Shown: positions 1 to 8,971, numbered from the stretch's first letter. The stretch is DNA of 64,000 nt from Polaromonas sp. (GCF_036676035.1 NZ_JAKFDR010000057.1:1572-65571); one strand, 5' to 3'. The notes: generated from the sequence alone by a model not told the origin. Made by a program: numbers and translations.

Positions 1-1
1 A

Positions 2-385
2 ACTGCAAAAAAATCCACCACTTCGCCCAGTGCCAAGGCTGCTGTACCCGCTCCCTCGGCAAAAAAAACTGCCGCCAAAGCCCCGCCCGCCAAGCCACGC
101 GCCACCCCAAAGCCGCAAGCCAAAGCGCCGCTTGCCAAGGCTGAAAAACCCGCCAAAGCCAAAAGACCCAAGCTGGTTCGGGACAGCTTCACCATTCCAA
201 AAACCGAATATGTGGTGCTCGACGAGCTCAAACAGCGCGCGGCCAAGCTGGCCCGCCCGACCAAAAAAAGTGAAGTGCTGCGTGCCGGTATCAAAGCGCT
301 CGCGGCCCTGTCCGATGCCGCATTTCTGACAGCGCTGGATAACGTTCCCGCGATCAAGACCGGCCGGCCCAGCCTGGCCAAGTAA
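2..385 (+). CDS. 5'-truncated Lys/Ala/Pro-rich (histone H1-like) protein with a conserved-looking C-terminal domain
   Basis: Frame 2 is open from the window edge to TAA 383-385: TAKKSTTSPSAKAAVPAP...KLVRDSFTIPKTEYVVLDELKQRAAKLARPTKKSEVLRAGIKAL. Absent from the ORF track because the start lies off-window. Confidence 0.75.
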   Translation, partial: TAKKSTTSPSAKAAVPAPSAKKTAAKAPPAKPRATPKPQAKAPLAKAEKPAKAKRPKLVRDSFTIPKTEYVVLDELKQRAAKLARPTKKSEVLRAGIKALAALSDAAFLTALDNVPAIKTGRPSLAK

Positions 386-409
386 GGTCCCGGGGGAAGC
401 CCGCCGTTT

Positions 410-574
410 CTAGTGTGGTGTTGCACGCTTGCAGGTACAAATAAAACCGATGGATTTTTGTCCAGGGCTAGGCGCAAACCACAGCCATAGTTCCACTATG
501 GCGCGGATTTGCAACGCCGCCATGGGCAAAAAGACGCGGTTTTATGTGCCTGATAGCGTGCAACACCACACTAG
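410..574. mobile_element. MITE family A, copy 1 (165 bp)
   Basis: Perfect 20-bp terminal inverted repeat CTAGTGTGGTGTTGCACGCT...AGCGTGCAACACCACACTAG; two homologous copies at 46987-47154 and 57156-57320; no transposase. Confidence 0.9.
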
Positions 575-576
575 CT

Positions 577-1050
577 TCAAAGCACTTCCGGCGACTGCAC
601 GGTCACCACGACAGTCTGCTCATGGCCGTCGCGGTCCCGGCTGCGCAGCCACCAGACTGCGCCCTTTTTCACCGGGCATTCGCTTTCCTGCAGGCCCAGC
701 AGCTGAGCAATCGTTTGACCCAAAGTGGGCTGGTGTCCGATCAGGAGAACGGGGGATTTGCCCAGGGGCCATTGCGCCAGTTCCAGCACTTGGGCCGGCG
801 ATGCACCGGGCCCCAGCTCCGGCCGGATTTTGTATTTACGCCCCAGCGCCAGCGCCGTCTGTTCGCAGCGGCGCGCCGGGCTGACCAGAATGCGGGCGCC
901 CTCGGGCAGTTGCCGGTCCAGCCAGGCTGCCATACGGGCGGCCTGTTTTTCGCCCCGGGCGGTCAGCGAACGATCCAGATCGCTGCTGACCTGGGCATCA
1001 CCTTGGGGCCCATCTTCAGCCTCTGCATGACGCCACAAGATCAGGTCCAT
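577..1050 (-). CDS. sixA: phosphohistidine phosphatase SixA family
   Basis: MDLILWRHAEAED (RH motif), SPARRCEQT, LLIGHQP. Confidence 0.9.
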   Translation of the reverse strand: MDLILWRHAEAEDGPQGDAQVSSDLDRSLTARGEKQAARMAAWLDRQLPEGARILVSPARRCEQTALALGRKYKIRPELGPGASPAQVLELAQWPLGKSPVLLIGHQPTLGQTIAQLLGLQESECPVKKGAVWWLRSRDRDGHEQTVVVTVQSPEVL

Positions 1051-1057
1051 CAAAGCT

Positions 1058-3175
1058 CTACTTTCCCCGTGTTTCACGCCCATTCTGGCGTGCCGAGTAA
1101 CGGGCCATCAGCGCCGCCTGGGCCCCATGCCTGGGGCCCTTCGCCTGCAGATCAACCCGGGTGTAGGTGCCATCCGCCTGCAAATCCCAAGCATCGCAGC
1201 TGTCATGCAGATAGGCGACCAGACACTCGTCAATGATGCGCTGGCGGATGACAGGGTCCGTGACGGGCCAGGCCAGTTCCACCCGGCGCAGCATGTTGCG
1301 GTTCATCCAGTCAGCACTGGACAGGTAAAGCGTTTCCTCATCGGCGCAGCGGAAGTAAAAGACCCGGGAATGCTCCAGAAAGCGCCCAATGATGGAGCGC
1401 ACCCGGATGTTGTCCGTGACGCCCGGCACCTGCGCCGGCAACATGCAGGCACCGCGCACAATCAGGTCGATTTTCACGCCACGCTGGCCGGCCCGGATCA
1501 AGGCCAGGATCAGGGCCTCGTCGGTCAGCGCATTCATCTTGGCCACCAGACGCGTGTCCTTGCCCAGTGCGGCAGCTTCACCCAACTGGTCAATTTTTTC
1601 AATCAGCTTGCGGTGCAGTTGAAATGGCGCCAGCAGGAGGTAATGCAGCCTGGGCAGACGGCTGTGGCTGGCCAGATGCACAAAGACGCTGTCGATATCG
1701 GCCGTGAGCAGTGGGTCGCTGGTCAGGTAGCTCAGGTCGGTGTACAGGCGGGCGGTGCGCGGGTTGTAGTTGCCGGTTGACAGGTGGGCGTAGCGCTTGA
1801 GGTGGCGGCCTTCCCGGCGCGTCACCAGCAGCATCTTGGCGTGGGTCTTCAGGCCCATCACACCGTACACCACCTGCGCGCCAATGGACTCCAGCATCTC
1901 GGCCCAGTTGATGTTGGCTTCCTCGTCAAAGCGGGCCTTGAGCTCCACCACCACCGTCACCTCCTTGCCGCGCCGCACCGCTTCACGCAACAAGCCCATC
2001 AGCTCGGAATCGGCGCCGGTGCGGTAAATGGTCTGCTTGATAGCCAGCACCTGCGGGTCATGGACAGCTTCACGCAGGAAAGCCAACACCCCGTCAAAAC
2101 TCTCAAACGGCTGGTGGATGGCCACATCCCCCTGCTGGAGCTGCTCAAAAAATGATTGCCCCGGCACCAGCTGGGTGGGATAACACGCCGCGTAGGCCGG
2201 AAACAGAAGCCGGGGATCGTTGACGAGGTCCACCAGCTGGGTCAGCCGCACCAGATTGACCGGGCCATGGACCCGGTACAGCGACGGCGTCGGCAGATTG
2301 AACTGCTTGAGCAAAAATCCGGAAAGGTAGTCCGAGCAGGCGGCAGATACTTCCAGACGGACGGCCTGACCGTAGTGGCGCTGCTCCAGGCCCTGGCGCA
2401 GTGCGGTACGCAGGTTTTGCACATCGTCTTCATCCACCGCCAGGTCGGAATGCCGTGTCACGCGGAACTGGGAGAATTGCGAGACTTCGCGCCCCGCAAA
2501 CAGCTCCGCCAGATGCGCGCGGATCACGCTGGACAGGGACACAAACAGGCTTTTCTTGTTCGAGCCTTTGTCAGGCATGTGAATCAGCCGTGGCAGAACG
2601 CGCGGCACCTTGACAATTGCAATGTCGTTTTCACGGCCAAACGCATCGCGCCCACCCAGGCGGACAATGAAGTTCAGCGACTTGTTGGCCACCTGCGGGA
2701 AAGGGTGCGAAGGGTCCAGCCCCACCGGGATCAGCAGCGGGCGCACCTCGCGCTCAAAGTAGTCCTTGACCCAGCGCCGCTGGGCCGGGTTGCGCTCACC
2801 GTGCGACAGGATCTTGATGCCTTGCTTTTCGAACTCGGGCATCAGCTCATCGTTGTACAGCGAGTACTGGCGCGCCACCATGCCGTGCGCCGCGGCCGCA
2901 AGCGCTGTGTACGACTGCGCGGTGTACAGGCCTTTTTGCTCGTTGTTCTGAGCCGCTGTCAGATGGGGTGCGGCGCGCACTTCAAAGAACTCATCCAGGT
3001 TGGACGAGACAATGCAGAGAAAGCGCAAGCGCTCCAGCAAGGGAACATCCGGGCGCTTCGCCCAGTCCAGCACCCGCTCATTGAAGGCAAGAATACTGTG
3101 GTCGCGGTCCAGCAGCTGGATGGCTGGCATCGCCACAGCGGAGGACGGGAGCGGCTCGGCAGTCAAAAAGGACAT
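1058..3175 (-). CDS. ppk1: polyphosphate kinase 1
   Basis: LRFLCIVSSNLDEFFEVR, HPFPQV, ELKARFDEEANI, GLKTHAKM, HLSTGNYN, IGRFLEHSR, SSADWMNRN; start codon uncertain. Confidence 0.97.
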   Translation of the reverse strand: MSFLTAEPLPSSAVAMPAIQLLDRDHSILAFNERVLDWAKRPDVPLLERLRFLCIVSSNLDEFFEVRAAPHLTAAQNNEQKGLYTAQSYTALAAAAHGMVARQYSLYNDELMPEFEKQGIKILSHGERNPAQRRWVKDYFEREVRPLLIPVGLDPSHPFPQVANKSLNFIVRLGGRDAFGRENDIAIVKVPRVLPRLIHMPDKGSNKKSLFVSLSSVIRAHLAELFAGREVSQFSQFRVTRHSDLAVDEDDVQNLRTALRQGLEQRHYGQAVRLEVSAACSDYLSGFLLKQFNLPTPSLYRVHGPVNLVRLTQLVDLVNDPRLLFPAYAACYPTQLVPGQSFFEQLQQGDVAIHQPFESFDGVLAFLREAVHDPQVLAIKQTIYRTGADSELMGLLREAVRRGKEVTVVVELKARFDEEANINWAEMLESIGAQVVYGVMGLKTHAKMLLVTRREGRHLKRYAHLSTGNYNPRTARLYTDLSYLTSDPLLTADIDSVFVHLASHSRLPRLHYLLLAPFQLHRKLIEKIDQLGEAAALGKDTRLVAKMNALTDEALILALIRAGQRGVKIDLIVRGACMLPAQVPGVTDNIRVRSIIGRFLEHSRVFYFRCADEETLYLSSADWMNRNMLRRVELAWPVTDPVIRQRIIDECLVAYLHDSCDAWDLQADGTYTRVDLQAKGPRHGAQAALMARYSARQNGRETRGK

Positions 3176-3225
3176 TCGGGGCGAAAACATTTGTAATCAA
3201 AGTTACAGCCGAGTGTTCACTGGCT

Positions 3226-4326
3226 TCATGACAAAGGCGTGACAGTGGTTTTGGCCGATATGACAGCCGGCTGCACCTGCCTCGAAGCCGCCGCCTGACG
3301 GGCGGGCACCAGATAACTTTCAAATAACTGGGCGGCATGCTGCCAGCTGAAGTCCAGGGCGCGGGCCCGGGCCTCATGCCGGGGCACGGCCAGAGCGCCG
3401 TAGCAGGCTTGCTGCAAATCCGTGTGCATGACACCGCCGTGACAGCTGCCATCGGGTTTTCCCAGCACTTCAAGCGGGCCGTCCACGGGATAAGCGGCGA
3501 CAGGTGTTCCCGTTGCCATGGCTTCCAGCATCACCAGGCCGAAAGTTTCAGATTTGCTGGGAAACACAAAAACATCTGCCGCCGCATAGACTTTGGCCAA
3601 CTCGTCCCTGGGCAACACCCCCAGCCAGCGAACTTGCGGATAGCGCTCCTTCAACGAAGCTTCCAGCGGCCCGACACCGCAAACCACCTTGGTGCCGGGA
3701 ATGTCCAGCCGCAGATAGGCCTCGATGTTCTTCTCGTAGGAAACGCGCCCGACAAACAGGGACATCGGGCGGACAAGCATGCCCATCCGGGCCTGCAGAC
3801 GCGATGCAGGTGTAGTTTCAAATTTGAAAAGCTGCGTGTCCACGCCATGCGTCCAGCCGCGCAATTGGCGAAAGCCGCGCTGCTCCAGCATGTGCAGCAC
3901 CCCGTGGGTCGGCACCATCACGCCGGACGAGGGCTTGTGAAAGTGGCGAAACAGCGCATAACCCCAGGACAGCGGGATTCTCAAAGCGGCATGAAGGATT
4001 TCCGGGAACTTGGTGTGAAACGCGGTCGTGAAGTTCAAGCCGCGCTTGAGGCAGTAGCTGCGCGCCGCCCAGCCCAGCGGCCCTTCCGTGGCGATGTGGA
4101 CCGCTTCGGGCTGCAGGGCGTCGAGTTTTTCAGTCAACTGGCGCTTGGGGCGAATGGCCAGCTCAATGCCGGCATAGCCCGGACAAGGCCGGGTTTTGAA
4201 CAGGCCGGGATGAAACACCTCCACCTGGTGCCCCAGGGCCTGCAGCTCACGCACCAGCTCCACCAGCGTGGTCACCACGCCGTTCACCTGCGGCTGCCAG
4301 GCGTCCGTGATCAAGGCGATTTTCAT
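3226..4326 (-). CDS. glycosyltransferase family 4 (Agt-like glycolipid synthase candidate)
   Basis: MKIALITDAWQPQVNGVVTTL, VGRVSYEKN, FVFPSKSETFGLVMLEAMATGTPV; ATGA overlap with the upstream gene. Confidence 0.88.
   Translation of the reverse strand: MKIALITDAWQPQVNGVVTTLVELVRELQALGHQVEVFHPGLFKTRPCPGYAGIELAIRPKRQLTEKLDALQPEAVHIATEGPLGWAARSYCLKRGLNFTTAFHTKFPEILHAALRIPLSWGYALFRHFHKPSSGVMVPTHGVLHMLEQRGFRQLRGWTHGVDTQLFKFETTPASRLQARMGMLVRPMSLFVGRVSYEKNIEAYLRLDIPGTKVVCGVGPLEASLKERYPQVRWLGVLPRDELAKVYAAADVFVFPSKSETFGLVMLEAMATGTPVAAYPVDGPLEVLGKPDGSCHGGVMHTDLQQACYGALAVPRHEARARALDFSWQHAAQLFESYLVPARQAAASRQVQPAVISAKTTVTPLS
3228..3245 (-). promoter_or_regulatory. Pho-box-like tandem site upstream of ppk1, inside the 3' end of the GT4 gene
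   Basis: Minus strand CTGTCAC-GCCT-TTGTCAT: two 7-mers 11 bp apart, matching PhoB half-site consensus. Confidence 0.55.
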
Positions 4327-5183
4327 GCGGTCACCGGCGCGCTGACATGGCCGCGGCCCTGGGTTTCATGGGTCGGCGCCCAGTGCAGCAGCTCCAGCCG
4401 GCCGTCGAAGTGCTCGACCAGGGCGGTGCGGCTTTCAACCCAGTCACCGTCATTGCAGTACAGCGTGCCATTGATCTCGCGCATTTCGGCGCGGTGAATA
4501 TGGCCGCACACCACCCCCTGGTAGCCCCGGCGGCGGGCTTCGCTGGCCACCGCCACTTCAAAGTCGGTCACGTAGTTCAGCGCTTTTTTGACCTTTTGCT
4601 TGAGATAGGCTGACAGCGACCAGTAAGGCAGGCCCATGCGTGCGCGCAAGCTGTTCAGATAGCGGTTGAGCTTGAGCGTGAATTCATACAGGTTGTCGCC
4701 CACATAGGCGAGCCATTTGGCACATTGCACCACCGCATCGAAGTAGTCGCCGTGGATGATCCACAGCTTGCGGCCATCGGCGGTGTTGTGGACGGCCTCG
4801 TCAATCACCTCGATGCCGCCGAACTGGTTGCCAATAAATTCACGCGCAAACTCATCATGGTTGCCCGGCACATAAATGATGCGGCAGCCTTTGCGGGCAC
4901 GCCGCAGCAGCTTTTGAACCACATCGTTATGCGACTGCGGCCAGTACCATTTGCGCCGCAACTGCCAGCCATCCACGATGTCCCCCACCAGGTACAGGTA
5001 ATCACTGGGATGGGCCTTCAGAAAGTCCAGCAGTGCCGAGGCCTGGCAGCCCGGGGTGCCCAGGTGCAGATCCGAAATGAAAATCGTGCGGTAGCGCTTG
5101 CGCAGCGATTCATCATCGTGCGCATCATCGGGCTGGGCAAAACCGTTGCCCAGCGTGCCCATGGCTTCAAACAGGGTTCGCAT
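4323..5183 (-). CDS. metallophosphoesterase, LpxH-like / PlcP-type phospholipase C
   Basis: FISDLHLG, LVGDIVDGW, PGNHDE, IHGD, CGHIH, NDGDWVES; WYWPQSHNDVVQKLLR segment resembles the PlcP subgroup as I recall it. Confidence 0.8.
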   Translation of the reverse strand: MRTLFEAMGTLGNGFAQPDDAHDDESLRKRYRTIFISDLHLGTPGCQASALLDFLKAHPSDYLYLVGDIVDGWQLRRKWYWPQSHNDVVQKLLRRARKGCRIIYVPGNHDEFAREFIGNQFGGIEVIDEAVHNTADGRKLWIIHGDYFDAVVQCAKWLAYVGDNLYEFTLKLNRYLNSLRARMGLPYWSLSAYLKQKVKKALNYVTDFEVAVASEARRRGYQGVVCGHIHRAEMREINGTLYCNDGDWVESRTALVEHFDGRLELLHWAPTHETQGRGHVSAPVTA

Positions 5184-6052
5184 CAGGCCTGCCTTGCATG
5201 GCCGGCAGACGGGGGCTTGCCTGAAAAATGCTTCAGGTAGCGTGGTGGCAGGTCGGCAATGCGCATCATCATCGGCAAGTCGGCCGAGTTGAAATCCGGG
5301 TCCCACGCCGGGGCGCCCAACACCTTCGCACCCAGGCGCAGGTAGCCCTTGATCAGGGCCGGCGGCTCCACATCCAGTGTGTCGTCGAGCTGCTCGACCG
5401 GCAGCGCCAGCCGTGGCGTCACGTGGTATTCAATCGGCGCCATGTGCGTTTGCCGGACCTGCCGCCAGATGCTGGCCGCAATGTGGCCGCTGGAGACCCC
5501 GTCGTGCTGCATCGGAATGCTGGCGCAGCCGATCATGGTGTCGAGCTGGTTGCGCGCCATGAACTCGGCCAGCGCGCCCCACAGGGCCAGAATCACACCG
5601 CCATGCCGGTGATCGGCATGCACGCAGCTGCGGCCCAGCTCGACCATGCGATCGCGCAGGCTGCGCAGGCGGGTCAGGTCGAACTCGGTGTCGCTGTAGG
5701 TGCTGCCCACGCGCTTGGCCTGGGTCGGCGTCAGCACCCGGTAGGTGCCTATGACCTCGCTGCTGTCGGCATCGCGCACCAGCAGGTGCTCGCAGTAGTC
5801 GTCAAACAGGTCGATGTCATGGCCCGGCAAGGTGTTGGGCAGCGTCGCCCCCATCTCGCTGGCGAAGACCTGGTACCTCAGACGCTGCGCCTGCCGGACC
5901 TCATCCTGATGGCGGGCCCAGCCGACCTGGATTTTCCCCACGGCAGGTTTTTGAACAAGGGCTGGACTGACAACATGACCGCTTTGATGAAGTGACCCCC
6001 GTGGCATGGCGACTGGCGACAATGCAAAGGTGGGGTTGGGCAGTTCTTTCAT
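5183..6052 (-). CDS. GNAT N-acyltransferase, OlsB (ornithine lipid)-like
   Basis: AQRLRYQVF, DIDLFDDYCEHLLV, VIGTYRVL, ELGRSCVH, PALIKGYLRLGA, DPDFNSAD; SD AAGGAG upstream; TGATG coupling to the next gene. Confidence 0.8.
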   Translation of the reverse strand: MKELPNPTFALSPVAMPRGSLHQSGHVVSPALVQKPAVGKIQVGWARHQDEVRQAQRLRYQVFASEMGATLPNTLPGHDIDLFDDYCEHLLVRDADSSEVIGTYRVLTPTQAKRVGSTYSDTEFDLTRLRSLRDRMVELGRSCVHADHRHGGVILALWGALAEFMARNQLDTMIGCASIPMQHDGVSSGHIAASIWRQVRQTHMAPIEYHVTPRLALPVEQLDDTLDVEPPALIKGYLRLGAKVLGAPAWDPDFNSADLPMMMRIADLPPRYLKHFSGKPPSAGHARQA

Positions 6053-6154
6053 GGCTAACTCCTTGTTATCTGGGTGTCTCAAAAAATGAAAACCGCTTGC
6101 TTGAAATTCGGCTGTAAAAAAGCCCCGGGAAAGGGGCTTGGGGGGCTTTGACTC

Positions 6155-6418
6155 TCAATCACCAGTGGCCTGCGAAACCGCGGCCCCATGTCGGCCACCC
6201 GGCAACCCGTCCAGCCAGGGCCGGGCACCCGCCTTGAAACGCAAGCCCCCGGGGCTACTGACCATGGCCTGCGCGGTGCATCGCAGGATGCGCAGACGCT
6301 GTTTGTCGAGCTCATGGATGCCGGGGTTGGAGGCCTCGCTGACGTCTCTACCCTGTTTTCCCTGCTCACCGGCCTGGTTCAACTTCAGTCTCATCGGGTG
6401 CTCCATCGTTCTGGTCAT
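6155..6418 (-). CDS. possible small ORF in the leader of the olsB-like operon
   Basis: 87-aa ORF starting 22 bp downstream of the Pho-box array; no family recognised. Confidence 0.3.
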   Translation of the reverse strand: MTRTMEHPMRLKLNQAGEQGKQGRDVSEASNPGIHELDKQRLRILRCTAQAMVSSPGGLRFKAGARPWLDGLPGGRHGAAVSQATGD

Positions 6419-6440
6419 GGCGTGATTCTGAAAGCCGGGG

Positions 6441-6480
6441 GTGACGCGTTCGTGTCAGTTCAGTGGCAGTTGTGTGACAG
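6441..6480 (-). promoter_or_regulatory. Pho-box-like array (four half sites, 11-bp period)
   Basis: Minus strand CTGTCAC-ACAA-CTGCCAC-TGAA-CTGACAC-GAAC-GCGTCAC, oriented toward the olsB/plcP/GT4/ppk1 genes. Confidence 0.7.
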
Positions 6481-6709
6481 CGCCCGCCGGGTCTGGGCTG
6501 CCAGACGACCAGGCGGGTCGTCGCCTTCCATGAGAGGCAACCCCACGGACGGGCCTGAAACGGCGAGCAGGGCCTGGCCAACCCGGTTGAGACTTTTCGC
6601 TATCAAATCAGGAGCTACTTGCGCACGTTTATCCGGGGCTGGAGCCTGAAAAGGCATCAAGATTTTCAGCGCCTGCCGGGAAGCTTGGGAAGCTCCACAG
6701 GAAGCGGCT

Positions 6710-7140
6710 CTAAGCGCCGGCCACACGCTCTCCCCGCTCGTTGATGACCTGCTCGCCATCCTCCTTGGCGAATGCGCCGCGTTGCGGCAAGGGCAGGATG
6801 TCCAGAACGGCCTCTGACGGACGGCACAAGCGCGTGCCCAGCGGCGTCACCACCACCGGCCGGTTGATCAGGATGGGTGTGCCAGCATGGCATCGATCAG
6901 TTGATCGTCGGTGAGCAAGGGGTTGTCCAGCTGCAGCTCGTCATAAGGCGTGCCCTTGCGTCTGAGCAGCTCCCTGACCGGAATCCCCATTTGGGCAAGC
7001 AGCTCGAGCAGCTTTTGTCGGCTGGGCGGCATCTTCAGGTACTCGATGACTTCAGGCTCTTCCCCGCTATTGCGGATCAGGCCGAGCACATTGCGCGACG
7101 TGCCGCAACCGGGGTTGTGATAAATCGTGATGTTGGGCAT
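6710..7140 (-). pseudogene. arsC: glutaredoxin-dependent arsenate reductase with a 1-nt frameshift
   Basis: IYHNPGCGTSRN N-terminus; frame ends at MLAHPS*, but the shifted frame continues ILINRPVVVTPLGTRLCRPSEAVLDILP to TAG at 6710-6712. One base is missing near 6875 (real or sequencing error). Confidence 0.85.
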
Positions 7141-7216
7141 GCAGGCTGGTCCTTGTTGATGCAGGTGGGTGCGATGAAGCTTAGATGCGGGTGGGCTTAT
7201 TGGCGTTGCGTTGATA

Positions 7217-7251
7217 TTGCATCAATTCAATAATTCAATTATATTTGAAAC
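7217..7251 (+). promoter_or_regulatory. arsR promoter with overlapping ArsR-type operator; likely leaderless transcript
   Basis: TTGCAT(7217-22)-17 bp-TATATT(7240-45)-6 nt-ATG(7252); inverted repeat TTCAA-TTATAT-TTGAA at 7234-7249; no SD. Confidence 0.55.
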
Positions 7252-7593
7252 ATGGAAATAAAAACCCTCGACGAAGCTTCCGCCATCAAGGCCCTGGCCG
7301 CGCTCGCGCAAGCGCAGCGGCTGCGCGCCTTCCGGGCACTGGTGGTGGCCGGGCCGGATGGCCTGACGCCCGGCACTCTTGGCCTGCAGCTGGACGTAGC
7401 GCCCAGCGCGCTGTCGTTCCACCTGAAAGAGCTGGCTTATTCGGGCCTGGTCAGCAGTGAGCCGCGTGGCCGCCACCTGATTTACCGCGCCAATTTTGAG
7501 CAGATGAGCGCCCTTTTGAGCTACATGACCGAGCACTGCTGCCAGGGCCAGGCCTGTGAGGTCAGTGCCGAGGCGGCCTGCATCAACTGCTAA
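7252..7593 (+). CDS. arsR: ArsR/SmtB family repressor
   Basis: LAALAQAQRLRAFRALV, ALSFHLKEL, GRHLIYRA, C-terminal HCCQG Cys pair. Confidence 0.92.
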   Translation: MEIKTLDEASAIKALAALAQAQRLRAFRALVVAGPDGLTPGTLGLQLDVAPSALSFHLKELAYSGLVSSEPRGRHLIYRANFEQMSALLSYMTEHCCQGQACEVSAEAACINC

Positions 7594-7630
7594 CCGCTAG
7601 CTATTAACCCCAAGCCCCCAGGAGAACCCG

Positions 7631-8155
7631 ATGAAACGCTTTCATGTACACGTTCACGTAGAAAACCTTGAGCAGAACATCGCCTTTTACTCGGCGATGT
7701 TCAACCAGAGCCCGGCGCGTCTTGAAGCCGACTACGCCAAATGGATGCTGACCGACCCGCCGGTCAACTTTGCCATCTCCACCCGCGGCGATGCACCGGG
7801 CGTGGACCACCTGGGCATCCAGGTCGAATCTGCCGAGGAACTGGCCGCGCTCAAGGACAACGCCACGAAGGCCGACATGGCCCTGCTGGACGACGGCGAG
7901 ACCACCTGCTGCTACTCGCGCAGCGACAAATACTGGGTGACCGACCCGCAAGGTATTGCCTGGGAGCAGTTCCACACGCTGGACAGCATCCCGGTGTTCA
8001 GTGAAAAGAAACTTGAATCAAATCAGGCTGTAGCCCAGGCATGCTGTGCATCAGCAGCTCCTGAAAACATAGCAAAAGTGCAATTCGTCAAATCCCGCCC
8101 GGCGCCTTCAACCGCCTCGGGCCTTGCAGGCAGCGCCGGCAAAGCCTGCTGCTGA
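7631..8155 (+). CDS. arsI: ArsI/CadI family VOC protein (C-As lyase-like)
   Basis: MKRFHVH, DHLGIQV, TTCCY vicinal Cys, DPQGIAWE; extra ACCA and terminal CC. Confidence 0.82.
   Translation: MKRFHVHVHVENLEQNIAFYSAMFNQSPARLEADYAKWMLTDPPVNFAISTRGDAPGVDHLGIQVESAEELAALKDNATKADMALLDDGETTCCYSRSDKYWVTDPQGIAWEQFHTLDSIPVFSEKKLESNQAVAQACCASAAPENIAKVQFVKSRPAPSTASGLAGSAGKACC
8021..8074 (+). repeat. 54-bp GCTAY-N7-RTAGC repeat, in frame within arsI
   Basis: aatcaggctgtagcccag...agcagctcctgaaaacatagca aligns without gaps to intergenic copies such as 48792-48845 and 54642-54695. Confidence 0.7.
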
Positions 8156-8431
8156 TCACTCAACCTAGAAACCGCAGTTGACCGCTCATTGACCGCTGGC
8201 TGAACCTCATGAACACGTACCTACCAACTCACGTACACGTTCACCTTTTGGGTGACAGCGCTACGCACCCGATTGAGCCGCCCTGGCGCGCGCTGGCGGC
8301 GTTGCTCCTCCTTGCAGGCATCAGCCTGCTGCCTCGTCACGCCTTGCCAGCCCACCCCATGCCGACCCACTCGGGCGCGTCCAACTGCGGTTTCTAGGTT
8401 CAAGAAACCAAACAACCACAAGGAGCAAGCT

Positions 8432-8935
8432 GTGAGCAAGCAGCCGATCAATGTTCTTTTCCTCTGCACCCACAATTCAGCGCGCAGCATTCTGGCTGAA
8501 GCCCTGCTCAACCATATCGGGCAGGGGCGTTTCAAAGCGTACTCGGCCGGTAGCAGCCCACGCGCGAACCAGCAGCCCAACCCGCTGGGACTGAAAGTCC
8601 TGCAAGCCGCAGGCATTTCGATAGAAGGCCTGCGCAGCAAAAGCTGGGACGATTTTGCAAAACCGGACGCCCCCCAGATGGACCTGATCGTTACGGTCTG
8701 CGACAACGCCGCCGGCGAGACCTGTCCTTACTGGCCCGGCCACCCCGCCACCGTGCACTGGGGCTACGCCGATCCGTCGGCCATTGACGGCACCGAGGAA
8801 CAAAAACTCGAAGCCTTTCGCCAGACGCTTCATGCGATTCATCGTCGCCTGGAGCTGCTGGTCAACCTGCCCCCCGAAAGCCTCGACAAGCTGATGCTGC
8901 AAACCAGCGCCCGCAATCTGGCCAAAACCGCCTGA
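8432..8935 (+). CDS. arsC: LMW-PTP-type (thioredoxin-coupled) arsenate reductase
   Basis: FLCTHNSARS, GLRSKSW, TVCDNAAGETCPYWPG, HWGYADP; GTG start after AAGGAG. Confidence 0.9.
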   Translation: MSKQPINVLFLCTHNSARSILAEALLNHIGQGRFKAYSAGSSPRANQQPNPLGLKVLQAAGISIEGLRSKSWDDFAKPDAPQMDLIVTVCDNAAGETCPYWPGHPATVHWGYADPSAIDGTEEQKLEAFRQTLHAIHRRLELLVNLPPESLDKLMLQTSARNLAKTA

Positions 8936-8971
8936 TCCCTGGCCCTCGCCTTCTCTTTTTCCGGCCTTCAC

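Noticed and set aside
429-884. ORFs starting inside MITE copies (also 46812-47135 and 57208-57789)
   Set aside because: They begin in repeat DNA and overlap real genes on the other strand; no coding evidence.
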